Of a stretch of 64,000 nt of DNA, positions 28,195 through 38,204 are shown in pieces. Positions within the stretch are counted from its first letter, which is position 1, and each line of letters begins with the position of its first letter. The DNA is from an uncultured Candidatus Saccharibacteria bacterium (GTDB taxonomy: Bacteria > Patescibacteriota > Saccharimonadia > Saccharimonadales > AWTP1-31). Both the position numbers and the translations under genes were made by a program. Location of the stretch: NCBI GenBank assembly GCA_964409615.1, contig CAYPDT010000001.1:587102-651101 (forward strand). Direction: 5' to 3'. The notes below the pieces were generated by a model, which was not told where the DNA came from, made no database searches, and worked only from the letters and a program-made list of their open reading frames with translations.

Positions 28195-30837
28195 ATGCCT
28201 ACAACTTCGCCCTCACCGAAGACTCGAAAACGACTGGTGATTATCGACGGAAAATCGGTGTTTTACCGGGGATATTATGCAATGCCAGGACTCAGCACCA
28301 AAGACGGCACACCAACCGGGGGTGTATATGGTTTTGCAGTTATGGCACTTGAAGTTATTAAGAAGCTTAAGCCAGATTACGTCTGTGTAGCCTGGGATAA
28401 GCCCAAGACCAACATTCGTAAGAGGCTCGAGATGTATCCAGCATACAAAGCTGGTCGGAAACCGCCGCCACAAGATTTCTACGACCAAATTCCGCTCCTC
28501 CATAGTTTGCTCGAGGCGTTTGGTTGGCCATTGTACGAGCTCGATGATTACGAGGCAGACGATATCATGGGCACACTAGCAGTACAGGCAACCTCACAAG
28601 ATATTGAAACCATGCTTGTCACCAGCGACATGGACATGCTTCAACTTATCGACCTCCACGTAAGTGTCTACGCCCTCAAAAAAGGCTTGAGTAATATAGA
28701 GTTATTTCACCCAGAGAGTTTCACCGAGAAATACGGCATCTTACCCAAGCAGTTCCTTGATCTTAAAGCACTGAAGGGTGATAGCTCAGATAACATTCCA
28801 GGCGTACCTGGAGTTGGTGAAAAAGGAGCGCTTGAATTACTTAAGCAGTACCACACTCTAGATGGTGTCTACGAAAATCTAGACCTGTTAAAAGATTCGA
28901 TGCGTAAGAAACTTGAAGCTGGTAAAGACTTAGCCTATCTCAGCAAGAAAATTGCCTCAATTTGGACAGACGCTCCACTAAAGCTCGACCTGTCGACGCT
29001 TGATATTAGCGCCTTCGAGCCAGAAAAAATTCGTGCCAAACTAGAAGAACTTGAGTTTCGCACCCTTGCTCGTCAGCTACCGGAGTTCATGAATGTGCAA
29101 ACTGATGAAACTCAAAAAACAGCAGAGCTTAAGAAGCTGACTATAGGTAGTGTGGTCGAAATATCCACCGATGCTGCTTTAAAGAAGTTCGATATTCCTC
29201 AAAGTAAGCACTTTGTTATTCAATCGCGCTCAAGCAGTGACCGCAATCGTGTTCCCGAACAAATAATGCTCGGTTTTGATAAGCAAACGATTGTTTTGCA
29301 GCTCGATAAGCTTTCGCCAGAACTGGTTAAGGGTACGCTTAATAGTTGTTTTATGATTCACAATGCCGTGTTCGGCTATGACGTTAAAACAAGCCTCAAA
29401 GCCTTGATTGCCCTCGGCGTTAATCTACCAACAGTTGGCCATGATGCACTCATTGGCAGTTTTATTATCAACAGTCTGCGGCGAGAACAATCACTGAGTG
29501 AATTAGCGGCAAGCGACCTTGGGGTACACCTCGACGAGGCAGTGGCAACACCCGCTGAAGTAACGGCCATCATAACGCAGTTATGTGAACAGCAACGGGC
29601 AGAGCTCAAAAAAATACCAAGTCTTCAAACATTAGCCGACACCATAGAATGGAAGATTATCCCAGTGCTTGCAACTATGGAGCAGGCGGGAATCTTGCTG
29701 GATACCCAGTATCTCAAGTTGATGTCAGCTCAAGTTGACGATATGATTAGCGACCTCGAACAGCAGATTTATGGCTTTGCTGATGAAGAATTTAATATTG
29801 GTTCACCAGCACAACTAGCAACGATTCTGTTTGAACAATTGAAGCTGCCAACAGACGGTATTAAAAAAGGTAAGACTGGTTACTCAACGGCAGCCAGTGA
29901 GCTTGATAAACTGCGGGCCAAGCATCCCATTATCGATATGATTACTCAGTACCGAGAGGTTACCAAACTAAAGAGCACATACATCGATGCACTACCAAAA
30001 CTAGTCGACAAAGATTCTAAGCTACATACCAATTTTGCGCTCACTGTTGCACAAACCGGTCGGCTCAGTAGCAACGACCCGAATCTACAAAATATCCCCG
30101 TACGTACAGAATTAGGTAAGCGTATCCGTACCGCTTTTGTTGCCGAGAAAGGTAATGTATTAGTGGGGGCTGACTATAGCCAGTTTGAGCTTCGATTAGC
30201 CGCTGTGTTGGCAAACGATACAGAAATGATTGCTGCCTTCAATCGTGGTATAGATATTCACACTATGACTGCAGCACAGGTTTACGGTCGTGACCCTGAA
30301 GATGTAACTAAAAACATGCGACGCGAGGCAAAAGTAGTTAACTTTGGTATTATGTACGGCCTCAGTACGCACGGTTTGGTGGCGGCAACCGGTATGAGCT
30401 ATGAACAAGCGAAGCATTTTATAGATAAGTATTTCGAAACACGGCCGACACTTAAGAACTACATCGAGTCTGTCAAAGATCAGGCCCGCAAAGATGGCTA
30501 TGTCGAAACTATGCTTGGTCGTCGCCGACCAACCCCAGACATAAAATCGAGTAATTTTGCTGTACGAGAAGCCGCAATGCGTGCAGCGGTGAATATGCCA
30601 TTCCAAGGGAGCGCTGCGGACATTATGAAGCTAGCCATGATTACAATCCATGAAAAACTTACAGATACTAAAGCTAAAATGTTGCTTCAAATCCATGACA
30701 GCGTGCTTGTTGAATGCCCCAAAGAAGATGGCGAGGCTATTGCTAAACTCCTCAAAGATACCATGGAGGCTGCCTACAAGCTTCCTGTTGAGCTGACGGT
30801 AGATACTACAATCGGTAAGAATTGGGGCGAGCTGTAG
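28195..30837 (+). CDS. polA: DNA polymerase I (5'-3' exonuclease + polymerase; 3'-5' exo domain apparently degenerate)
   Basis: Pol A motif A ..DYSQFELRLAA.., motif B ..RREAKVVNFGIMYGLS.., motif C ..QIHDSVLVE.., and an N-terminal FEN-like domain. The Exo I DxE motif is not recognisable. Confidence 0.92.
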   Translation: MPTTSPSPKTRKRLVIIDGKSVFYRGYYAMPGLSTKDGTPTGGVYGFAVMALEVIKKLKPDYVCVAWDKPKTNIRKRLEMYPAYKAGRKPPPQDFYDQIPLLHSLLEAFGWPLYELDDYEADDIMGTLAVQATSQDIETMLVTSDMDMLQLIDLHVSVYALKKGLSNIELFHPESFTEKYGILPKQFLDLKALKGDSSDNIPGVPGVGEKGALELLKQYHTLDGVYENLDLLKDSMRKKLEAGKDLAYLSKKIASIWTDAPLKLDLSTLDISAFEPEKIRAKLEELEFRTLARQLPEFMNVQTDETQKTAELKKLTIGSVVEISTDAALKKFDIPQSKHFVIQSRSSSDRNRVPEQIMLGFDKQTIVLQLDKLSPELVKGTLNSCFMIHNAVFGYDVKTSLKALIALGVNLPTVGHDALIGSFIINSLRREQSLSELAASDLGVHLDEAVATPAEVTAIITQLCEQQRAELKKIPSLQTLADTIEWKIIPVLATMEQAGILLDTQYLKLMSAQVDDMISDLEQQIYGFADEEFNIGSPAQLATILFEQLKLPTDGIKKGKTGYSTAASELDKLRAKHPIIDMITQYREVTKLKSTYIDALPKLVDKDSKLHTNFALTVAQTGRLSSNDPNLQNIPVRTELGKRIRTAFVAEKGNVLVGADYSQFELRLAAVLANDTEMIAAFNRGIDIHTMTAAQVYGRDPEDVTKNMRREAKVVNFGIMYGLSTHGLVAATGMSYEQAKHFIDKYFETRPTLKNYIESVKDQARKDGYVETMLGRRRPTPDIKSSNFAVREAAMRAAVNMPFQGSAADIMKLAMITIHEKLTDTKAKMLLQIHDSVLVECPKEDGEAIAKLLKDTMEAAYKLPVELTVDTTIGKNWGEL

Positions 30838-30840
30838 CTG

Positions 30841-31344
30841 GTGACTGCCAAAATCTACATTGCTGGTAAGGTTTCTAAAAACTCAATATTCGGCACACAT
30901 CATTGGCGTGACGAATTCTGTACCAAGTTGCAAGAACTATCAGGTGTGACCTTAAAAAATCTCGATCCTACCAAAATTTCTGGCGACCAAGGTGATTACA
31001 AGAAAGTTTTTGCTGGTTGTTGCCAAATGATTGCTGAGGCAGACGTGATGGTTGTATATTTGTCAGACGATATAAGCATTGGCGGTAGTCAAGAGATATT
31101 AATTGCTCAGTACCTCAATAAACCAGTCATTGGTCTTGCGCCTCACGGCGGTAAATTCAACGGCTCTACGAAAGAATATTTTGGTCAAGTTGTGCGTAAC
31201 TACAAAGATCCCTTTGTCTTTAGCACCTGTGATGTAGTAGCCGAAACGGTAGAAGACGTAGCGGAGGCCCTCAAACGTTATAAACAGATTCATCCTAGAG
31301 GTATTACATTAATCAGTGAGGCGCTAGCTAGCACTTCGGATTAG
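30841..31344 (+). CDS. nucleoside 2-deoxyribosyltransferase-like protein
   Basis: GTG start. N-terminal ..KIYIAGKV.. and ..GGSQEILIAQYLNKPVIG.. resemble the nucleoside deoxyribosyltransferase fold. This is a weak assignment. Confidence 0.35.
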   Translation: MTAKIYIAGKVSKNSIFGTHHWRDEFCTKLQELSGVTLKNLDPTKISGDQGDYKKVFAGCCQMIAEADVMVVYLSDDISIGGSQEILIAQYLNKPVIGLAPHGGKFNGSTKEYFGQVVRNYKDPFVFSTCDVVAETVEDVAEALKRYKQIHPRGITLISEALASTSD

Positions 31345-32139
31345 CTCTGCATGAGCAGGTACATCATGAACCCGCAAGTAGCTTGCTTGAGCATGAATGG
31401 CTATCAGGGCTGCCCGTAAGTTCGCTACCGTTTCTCTCTTGTCGCCCCCAAAATAGTCGGCTATCATGCGCTTCTCCGAATGACCAATCATGACTTTTAT
31501 AACTGGTTCGTCTAGTGCCTGACTGTCTAGTTTTTGCAGTAAGAGTCGGTCGGTCATAAGTTGTCCAAACTTAAGCAGGCGGTAATTTAGTTCTTTTGTT
31601 TTACCAAAGCCTATTCCTGGGTCCAGAATTATATTAGTGGGGTCGATACCCGCATTAATCATCAATCTCCGTCTTTGTAGCAATTCATCCAGAACCTCTG
31701 TTTCGCTATCCATTTGAGGGTGCTTGTGGGCCCACGAAATGTTGCCCTTTGCGGCGTGGGGAAGGTGGCTCACGATACATAGGGTTTGGTGTTGAACTGC
31801 TAGATTCACCATGACTGGGTCAGTAAAACCGGTGACATCATTGAGTATAACGTTGCCCAGCGATAAAGCCCGCTCGGCAACGGACGGTCGAAAGGTGTCT
31901 AGTGACACTCTGCCAGGGAACTCATCGAGTAACTGAACTAGAACTGGCTCGATGCTATTCCACTCTTCGTCACTGCTGCCTTCATCGGCCCACGGGTTGG
32001 TGGCTTGGCCTCCGATGTCGACCCAATGGGCTCCATCTCTGAATGCTTGCCGGGCACGTTCTACGGGGTCTTCGATAGTCCGATGCTCGGCATCGATACT
32101 TTGTGCGGTAGTGTTGATAACTGCCATGAGCTGTGTCAT
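31324..32139 (-). CDS. folP: dihydropteroate synthase
   Basis: Pterin-binding (DHPS) motifs ..DIGGQATNPW.., ..NDVTG.. and ..DPGIGFGKT... Confidence 0.8.
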   Translation of the reverse strand: MTQLMAVINTTAQSIDAEHRTIEDPVERARQAFRDGAHWVDIGGQATNPWADEGSSDEEWNSIEPVLVQLLDEFPGRVSLDTFRPSVAERALSLGNVILNDVTGFTDPVMVNLAVQHQTLCIVSHLPHAAKGNISWAHKHPQMDSETEVLDELLQRRRLMINAGIDPTNIILDPGIGFGKTKELNYRLLKFGQLMTDRLLLQKLDSQALDEPVIKVMIGHSEKRMIADYFGGDKRETVANLRAALIAIHAQASYLRVHDVPAHAELIRSAS

Positions 32140-32259
32140 ATAAGCAGTATATCGAGCTCAGTCACAAAAAGCACAAACGATATCAGCTCAGAGAATCAAT
32201 GTTGTAAATATTGTAAAATAGTAACAAATGTGATATTATAGGGTACGTAAAGGTTTGAG

Positions 32260-32832
32260 ATGACACCCAAGAAGCAATTTATTATATTTCTAACATTCGT
32301 CGTAGGCTTTGTGCTTATTTTGACGTTTGCATTTGGCCGTCGCCCAAGTAGTAAAACGATAAATAAAAACCAGACTAAAAAGGTTTTTAGTCTCAACGAA
32401 TACTCCGAGCGAGATTCAAAAGTAGTTGCAACTTTCGACGGGCCAATTAATGGTGATGACGAGCACCGCGCAATCCGCATTAGTGTTACAAGGGGCGTTC
32501 GTACTATCGAAGTAATCCAAGGTTACCAGGGTAAGGTTATTAAGTCACAGACATTTTCTAACAACCCCGACGCCTATTATGATTTTATCCATGCACTAGC
32601 ACGTACTGGTTTTGGTAAAACACGTAAAAGTGACTTTGATAGCGAAGTTGGCATCTGTGCCACCGGCCGCCGCTTCACTTATGAAGTATTTGATAATAAC
32701 GACAGTGTTTCACGAACGTGGGCAGCTTCTTGCGTAAAAGGCAACTCACCAGCTGCTTCAGAAACAGTTAACAATCTCTTCCGCATGCAAATTACCAATT
32801 ACAACGATGTTGTAAGCGGTGTCCGTTACTAG
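32260..32832 (+). CDS. secreted hypothetical protein with N-terminal anchor
   Basis: N-terminal TM/signal (FIIFLTFVVGFVLILTFAFG) and Cys pairs in the C-terminal domain. Confidence 0.45.
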   Translation: MTPKKQFIIFLTFVVGFVLILTFAFGRRPSSKTINKNQTKKVFSLNEYSERDSKVVATFDGPINGDDEHRAIRISVTRGVRTIEVIQGYQGKVIKSQTFSNNPDAYYDFIHALARTGFGKTRKSDFDSEVGICATGRRFTYEVFDNNDSVSRTWAASCVKGNSPAASETVNNLFRMQITNYNDVVSGVRY

Positions 32833-32874
32833 GTACTTCTAGTTCTTCATCCAGCACCCTGGTAGTATTAGGTG

Positions 32875-33453
32875 ATGATACGAGCGATAATTTTCGATTG
32901 CTTCGGAGTTTTAACCGGCGATTCCTGGAAAGAATTTTTAGCCACCTTGCCGTCTGCAGTGCGCGAAGATGTACGCAGTGTTCATCGTGCGTATGACAAA
33001 GGCTTTATTAGCTACGAAGACTTTCGTAATCAGGCACACACTATTTCTGGTGCCGACAAAAAAGACTTAGATGCTATCTTTTTGCACACTATAGAACATC
33101 ACAAGAATAGCCAGCTGCTAGACCACATACAGCAGCTTCACAAAACCTATAAGATTGGTATCCTCAGTAATGTGGGTACGGCATGGATACGTGACACTTT
33201 TTTAACAACTCAAGAACAATCATACTTTGATGATATGGTCTTATCGTTCGAGGTTGGGCTCAGTAAGCCAGATGCTCAGATATACCAATTGGCATGCAAG
33301 CGGCTTGATGTTAAGCCTACCGAAACAGTGTTTATAGACGATCTTGAGCCATTTTGCCGTGCCGCCCAAGACTTAGGAATGAAAACAGTGCAATACGATA
33401 ATTTTGCACAGTACTCCGCAGAACTCGCGAGCGTTCTAGCTGACGCGAATTAA
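32875..33453 (+). CDS. HAD-superfamily hydrolase (subfamily IA)
   Basis: Motif I ..AIIFDCFGVLT.. (DxD-type nucleophile), ..ILSN.. motif II, and ..FIDD.. motif IV. Confidence 0.75.
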   Translation: MIRAIIFDCFGVLTGDSWKEFLATLPSAVREDVRSVHRAYDKGFISYEDFRNQAHTISGADKKDLDAIFLHTIEHHKNSQLLDHIQQLHKTYKIGILSNVGTAWIRDTFLTTQEQSYFDDMVLSFEVGLSKPDAQIYQLACKRLDVKPTETVFIDDLEPFCRAAQDLGMKTVQYDNFAQYSAELASVLADAN

Positions 33454-33675
33454 CAATTTCTTAGGGCTGTTAATAGTATTTTGAAGTTCAAAGATGTTTA
33501 AGCGGAGGGTGCCGGCTAAAGCAGCGCTGTGCGCATTTATGATAATTTGGCTTTTATTGACCGTAACGCTTACGTCAGACTTGAATCGGCGCTGTACAAA
33601 AGCTTTAATGACGGCTATTTCTGGTGGTTGCTTGTCGTCGCGGCGTAGCAGTATATCTTTTAGTGACTCACTCAT
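33436..33675 (-). CDS. DUF721-like small protein
   Basis: 79 aa. ..SLKDIL.. followed by ..VTVNKSQIIINAHSAALAGTLRLNIFEL..LLIRV.. resembles DUF721 (the DciA-type domain). Confidence 0.45.
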   Translation of the reverse strand: MSESLKDILLRRDDKQPPEIAVIKAFVQRRFKSDVSVTVNKSQIIINAHSAALAGTLRLNIFELQNTINSPKKLLIRVS

Positions 33676-33717
33676 ATGGAACTAGTATACTAAAGAGACC
33701 ACGAAAGGAGACTACAA

Positions 33718-34590
33718 GTGCCAGAACTACCCGAGGTAGAGACTGTAAAACGTGGGCTTCGACAACTCATTGTTGGTAAACGTATTACCGAAATTACTAC
33801 CGATACTGCAAAGTCATTTCCGAACGCACCGGCTGATGTGCGACAATTTGTGATTGGCTCCGAAATAGTTGCTATCCGACGACGAGCAAAAGTACTTCTC
33901 ATCGAACTTAGCACTGGCTATACGCTCCTCGTTCATCTTAAAATGACTGGACAAGTTGTGTACGTGGGTGCCGAACGGTTTGGGGCAGGGCATCCCAACG
34001 ATTCACTTATCAACGAGCTTCCTGACAAATCAACTCGTGTTACAGTGGCCTTTGCCGATGGAACACATCTGTATTTTAACGACCAACGTAAGTTCGGTTG
34101 GGTAAAGCTTTTCCCAACAACCGAAGTCATGAACATTGATTTTATGAAAAAGCTCGGGCCAGAGCCACTAGCAGCAGACTTTACTGCACAAGACTTTGCG
34201 GCACGGCTATTACGCCGTAAAAACTCTAACATCAAAGCAGTCTTGCTCGACCAGACGGTGATAGCTGGAGTAGGTAACATATACGCAGATGAGAGCTTAT
34301 GGTCGGCAAAAATTCACCCTGCAACTCTTGTATGTAACGTACCCAAGGCAAAAATTGCCAAACTATTTACCGAACTCGTGGCAGTGTTACGACTGAGCAT
34401 CGAGAAGGGTGGCTCATCAGATAAAAACTATGTAAATGCCGAAGGTAAAAAAGGCAGTTACATAAGTTTTGCAAAGGTGTTTCGTCGAGAAGGCAAAGAC
34501 TGCCCTCGTTGCGGTGACACCATAATTAAAACTCGGGTCGCAGGTCGCGGAACTCACACTTGCCCAACCTGCCAGAGGTTAGCGGCATGA
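33718..34590 (+). CDS. mutM: formamidopyrimidine-DNA glycosylase
   Basis: GTG start giving MPELPEVETVKRGL (catalytic Pro2/Glu3), H2TH domain, and the C-terminal zinc finger CPRCG...CPTCQ. Confidence 0.9.
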   Translation: MPELPEVETVKRGLRQLIVGKRITEITTDTAKSFPNAPADVRQFVIGSEIVAIRRRAKVLLIELSTGYTLLVHLKMTGQVVYVGAERFGAGHPNDSLINELPDKSTRVTVAFADGTHLYFNDQRKFGWVKLFPTTEVMNIDFMKKLGPEPLAADFTAQDFAARLLRRKNSNIKAVLLDQTVIAGVGNIYADESLWSAKIHPATLVCNVPKAKIAKLFTELVAVLRLSIEKGGSSDKNYVNAEGKKGSYISFAKVFRREGKDCPRCGDTIIKTRVAGRGTHTCPTCQRLAA

Positions 34591-35507
34591 TAACAACACT
34601 AGCAGGCCTTAATAGTTTTCGTTTAACACAGGAATTACAAAAACGCATTTCTGATTTTATAAAAACCTCCGGTGACTTTGGTCTAGAACGCTTTAGAGCC
34701 GGAGAGAGCGATTATGCAAAGTTGGCTGAAAGTATTCAGGCTATGCCATTTTTAGCTGACAGGCGAATGGTTGTTATAGAGGCACCTAGTGAGAATAAGC
34801 AGTTGGCTGAGAAAATTGATGAATTCCTGGCACTTGCCAATGAGCAGACAGAAGTATTATTTGTGGAATCAAAGTTTGATAAGCGTAGTAGTATCTATAA
34901 GGTTCTCAAAAAGAAAACAGAATTTGTTGAGTACAACGAGCTGGATGAATCTGACTTACTTCGCTGGATAGTCGATTTTGCCGAAGAACAGGGTGGTAGC
35001 ATAGGTTCTAGCGAAGCACGCTACTTGCTACAGCGTGTGGGTCTTAACCAATTGCGATTAAGTAATGAACTACTAAAGTTGCTGAGCTATCGGCCACAAG
35101 TATCTCGACAAAACATAGAATTATTAACCGTTAGCACACCTCAAAGTACAGTTTTTGAGCTGCTCGAGGCTGCATTTGCAGGGAACAGTGCCAAAATGCT
35201 TACTATTTACGAAGACCAGCGTCGCCAAAAAGTTGAGCCACAGGCCATATTGGCATTATTGGTTTGGCAATTGCATGCATTAGCGGTGGTCAAGGCTGCG
35301 GGCTCCGCGCCAGCAGCTTCAATTGCCAGTGCGTCTAAGTTGAACCCGTTTGTCGTTCGTAAAACACAAACCTTGGCCAGAGGAATTTCTGCCGACAAGA
35401 TTAAAAAACTTGTTCGAAGTGCTCTAGAGTTAGATGTTCGACTAAAGTCCGAGCAAATAGATGCTAATGCAGCCCTGCAGAACCTACTACTTTCAATTAA
35501 CAGGTAG
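34587..35507 (+). CDS. holA: DNA polymerase III delta subunit-like
   Basis: ATG overlaps the mutM stop (ATGA). Size and helical-domain layout fit HolA. Sequence is weakly conserved. Confidence 0.55.
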   Translation: MITTLAGLNSFRLTQELQKRISDFIKTSGDFGLERFRAGESDYAKLAESIQAMPFLADRRMVVIEAPSENKQLAEKIDEFLALANEQTEVLFVESKFDKRSSIYKVLKKKTEFVEYNELDESDLLRWIVDFAEEQGGSIGSSEARYLLQRVGLNQLRLSNELLKLLSYRPQVSRQNIELLTVSTPQSTVFELLEAAFAGNSAKMLTIYEDQRRQKVEPQAILALLVWQLHALAVVKAAGSAPAASIASASKLNPFVVRKTQTLARGISADKIKKLVRSALELDVRLKSEQIDANAALQNLLLSINR

Positions 35508-35513
35508 CAAATA

Positions 35514-35540
35514 CAAAAACCACCCCGAAAGGTGGTTTCA
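35514..35540. terminator. bidirectional intrinsic terminator between holA (+) and rpsT (-)
   Basis: AAACCACC-ccgaaa-GGTGGTTT hairpin flanked by A-run and T-run. Confidence 0.55.
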
Positions 35541-35560
35541 GCAAAGAAATTGCTATAAAA

Positions 35561-35899
35561 CTATTTTTTCGTAGTCTTTTTAGCGGGAGCTTTTTTTGCA
35601 ACCGGCTTCTTAGCTACAGCTTTTTTAGGAGCGGCTTTTGTTTTAGCAGGGGCTTTAGCACCGGCTTTTTTAGCTGCTGCAGCGAGTTGCTTCTTCTTAC
35701 GGGCGGCCTTGTTCTTGTGGATGACGCCTTTTTTTACAGCTTGGTCGAGAGCGCTTTGCGCTTTGCTGCCATTAGCGCCAGTAATGTTGGCATGGAAAGC
35801 CTTAAGTGCAGAACGGAGTGTCCGCTTAGTCTTGCTGTTACGAACTGCTGCTTTGTTAGCAACACGGACGCGCTTTTTTGCTGATTTGATAATTGGCAT
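35561..35899 (-). CDS. rpsT: 30S ribosomal protein S20 with Lys/Ala-rich C-terminal extension
   Basis: MPIIKSAKKRVR...GVIHKNKAARKK.. is the S20 signature. About 35 extra residues of AKK repeats at the C-terminus. Confidence 0.85.
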   Translation of the reverse strand: MPIIKSAKKRVRVANKAAVRNSKTKRTLRSALKAFHANITGANGSKAQSALDQAVKKGVIHKNKAARKKKQLAAAAKKAGAKAPAKTKAAPKKAVAKKPVAKKAPAKKTTKK

Positions 35900-36086
35900 A
35901 AATCTTGATTCCTTTAGTGTTTTAGAGTTTATTGATTATCGCGATTACTATAACAGATGTGCTTGCAATCATCAAGAAGCTGTGGCCGTCTGTCAATACA
36001 AACCTCTAGACAGTAGTATATCGTTTATGGTATTCTCCAGCTATATAACCTAAAACCAAAAATAAAAGAAACATAGAAGAGTAGTC

Positions 36087-37934
36087 ATGGATCCAAATAC
36101 GCCACTACAACCGTACGTACCACCAGCAATGCCCGGTGCTGCGACACAATATCCGGCACCTCAACCGCTGCAACAGCCAACCTATCCTATGCCACAGGCT
36201 ACGCCTATGCCTTCGGCATCGTATCCAGCGCTCCCTCCGGCACAACCACAACCCTATCAACCGTATCCACAGCTTCCTCCGGCTGGGCCAATTGCCGAGC
36301 AGACACCACTAGCACCACAGCTTCCTCCGGCTGGTGACCAGCCAGTAGCAGGTAATGTGCGCCAAGACTTAATAGATAAACTTCGAACTGCTAATAACGT
36401 GCTGGTAACTGTTAGTAATAACCCAAGTGTTGACCAACTATCGGCCGCTATTGGCCTGACATTGGTACTTAATAAGCTTGATAAGCATGCAACTGCTGTA
36501 TATAGCGGTAAATCTCCGTCTACCATCGAGTTTTTGCAGCCAGAGAAAACTCTCGAAAAAAACACTGACAGTTTACGAGATTTCATTATTGCCCTCGATA
36601 AAGCCAAGGCCGACAAGCTGCGCTACAAAGTCGAAGATAAATTCGTCAAAATTTTCATAACTCCGTATCACACCAGTTTGAGCCAGGAAGACCTAGAGTT
36701 TAGCCAGGGCGACTTCAATGTTGACGTGGTTGTCGCAATCGGTGTTCAAAAGCGTGAAGAACTCGATGAAGCCATTACCGCACATGGTCGTATCTTGCAT
36801 GACGCAGTTACGGCTAGCGTGAACAATGTCCAGCCATCGGATTTGGGCACTCTAAACTGGTTCCAGGCTGATGCCAGCAGCTTATGTGAGATGCTTGTGG
36901 GGATTATTGAACCATTACAGGGAGAGCGTGCTTTACTTGATGAACAAATTGCAACTGCTTTCTTGACCGGTGTTGTTGCTGAAACAGAACGTTTCAGCAA
37001 TGAAAAGACTACTCCGCACACCATGAATATTGCTGCAACTTTAATGAAGGCCGGAGCAAACCAACAGCTTGTTTCGAGCAAATTGAATGTGCCTGAGCCA
37101 GCGGCTAAGGCTGCAGACTTTGACGCCAAAAAGCTTGATGAATTAGCCAAAGAAGGTGAAGCACCTGCACCAGTAGCAAGTAAAGATGGATCACTAGAGA
37201 TTGACCACAAAAAAGAGACACCTACTCCAACTCCAGCCAAAACTTTACAACAGATGGAGCAAGAGAATAAAGCAGCCGATGACGACAACGAAGATAGTGA
37301 TCTAGCGAAAATTCACATCGATGAGGAGGGTAAGCTTATTAGCGCCGAAGAGGCAAAGGCGGCAGCACCGCTTGCCGAACAAGCTCCAGCTGCAACTACC
37401 AGTAACATGGTCCTTCAGCCGCCAACACTCGGTGGAGACTTAAGTTCAGCTACCAAAGCCCAAGATGCAGAATTACCAGCCGTAGACGGACCGGTGGGCG
37501 GGCCTACTCAACCGGCACATACTCGGACTATCCAGCCCCTCACAGAAGAAGAAAAGACAAAAGGTCAAACACTAGAGCAGATTGAAAAGAGTGTCGACAG
37601 TCCGCATGTGAACCCTCCTGAGCAAGCTGTTGCTGCTGATGCTGCACGACAAGCAGTTGCCGACGCAACAAATGCAGTCGCTGCTACGCAGCTTGAACCA
37701 ATTGTAGCCCTGAACGCGCAACCAGTTGATTTGCAGAAAGCAGCTACGCCAATACCAACACCAGTTGCCGAACCAGCACCGGCAGTACCCGTAGAGCAAG
37801 ACTTAACCACTGAAGATGTATTTCCAACGCAACTAATTGGCCCAGACAAGGGCTTGCCAGCAGATCCGAATGCGGGAGCTGCTGATCCAAGTGCACCGCC
37901 GCCAGTCCCGCCGCCAATGATGCCAACTACTTAG
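36087..37934 (+). CDS. DHH-family (NrnA-like) homolog with degenerate catalytic motifs and Pro-rich N- and Ala/acidic-rich C-terminal extensions
   Basis: Core aligns to DHH motifs, but DxD becomes NNPSVD, DHH becomes AHG, and GIVTDTGSFRF becomes GVVAETERFSN. Flanks are low-complexity. Confidence 0.4.
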   Translation: MDPNTPLQPYVPPAMPGAATQYPAPQPLQQPTYPMPQATPMPSASYPALPPAQPQPYQPYPQLPPAGPIAEQTPLAPQLPPAGDQPVAGNVRQDLIDKLRTANNVLVTVSNNPSVDQLSAAIGLTLVLNKLDKHATAVYSGKSPSTIEFLQPEKTLEKNTDSLRDFIIALDKAKADKLRYKVEDKFVKIFITPYHTSLSQEDLEFSQGDFNVDVVVAIGVQKREELDEAITAHGRILHDAVTASVNNVQPSDLGTLNWFQADASSLCEMLVGIIEPLQGERALLDEQIATAFLTGVVAETERFSNEKTTPHTMNIAATLMKAGANQQLVSSKLNVPEPAAKAADFDAKKLDELAKEGEAPAPVASKDGSLEIDHKKETPTPTPAKTLQQMEQENKAADDDNEDSDLAKIHIDEEGKLISAEEAKAAAPLAEQAPAATTSNMVLQPPTLGGDLSSATKAQDAELPAVDGPVGGPTQPAHTRTIQPLTEEEKTKGQTLEQIEKSVDSPHVNPPEQAVAADAARQAVADATNAVAATQLEPIVALNAQPVDLQKAATPIPTPVAEPAPAVPVEQDLTTEDVFPTQLIGPDKGLPADPNAGAADPSAPPPVPPPMMPTT

Positions 37935-38152
37935 TAGCAAGTGCTTACACGAGAATAGTTCAGGCTTATGCCAAGCTCGGCAGCAAAACGAGGTGTTACC
38001 GTGTAGAAGCTGCAGGCTTTGCCATCTGGGCGCGGACCCGAAAGGCAGGTATAGCCTTTCTTGCCACAAGCAACTTTAACTGGCCATAGTGCAAACGCGG
38101 CAACTACTACTATTGCCAATCCGATGAGTAATTTCTTTTTATTCATAAGCAT
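37931..38152 (-). CDS. small secreted Cys-containing protein
   Basis: 73 aa with an N-terminal signal/TM (LLIGLAIVVVAAFALW) and four Cys. Confidence 0.35.
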   Translation of the reverse strand: MLMNKKKLLIGLAIVVVAAFALWPVKVACGKKGYTCLSGPRPDGKACSFYTVTPRFAAELGISLNYSRVSTCY

Positions 38153-38204
38153 ATTCTACCCTAGAAATTTTGGTAAGTTGCACAATTCGTCATAAGCTAG
38201 AGCC

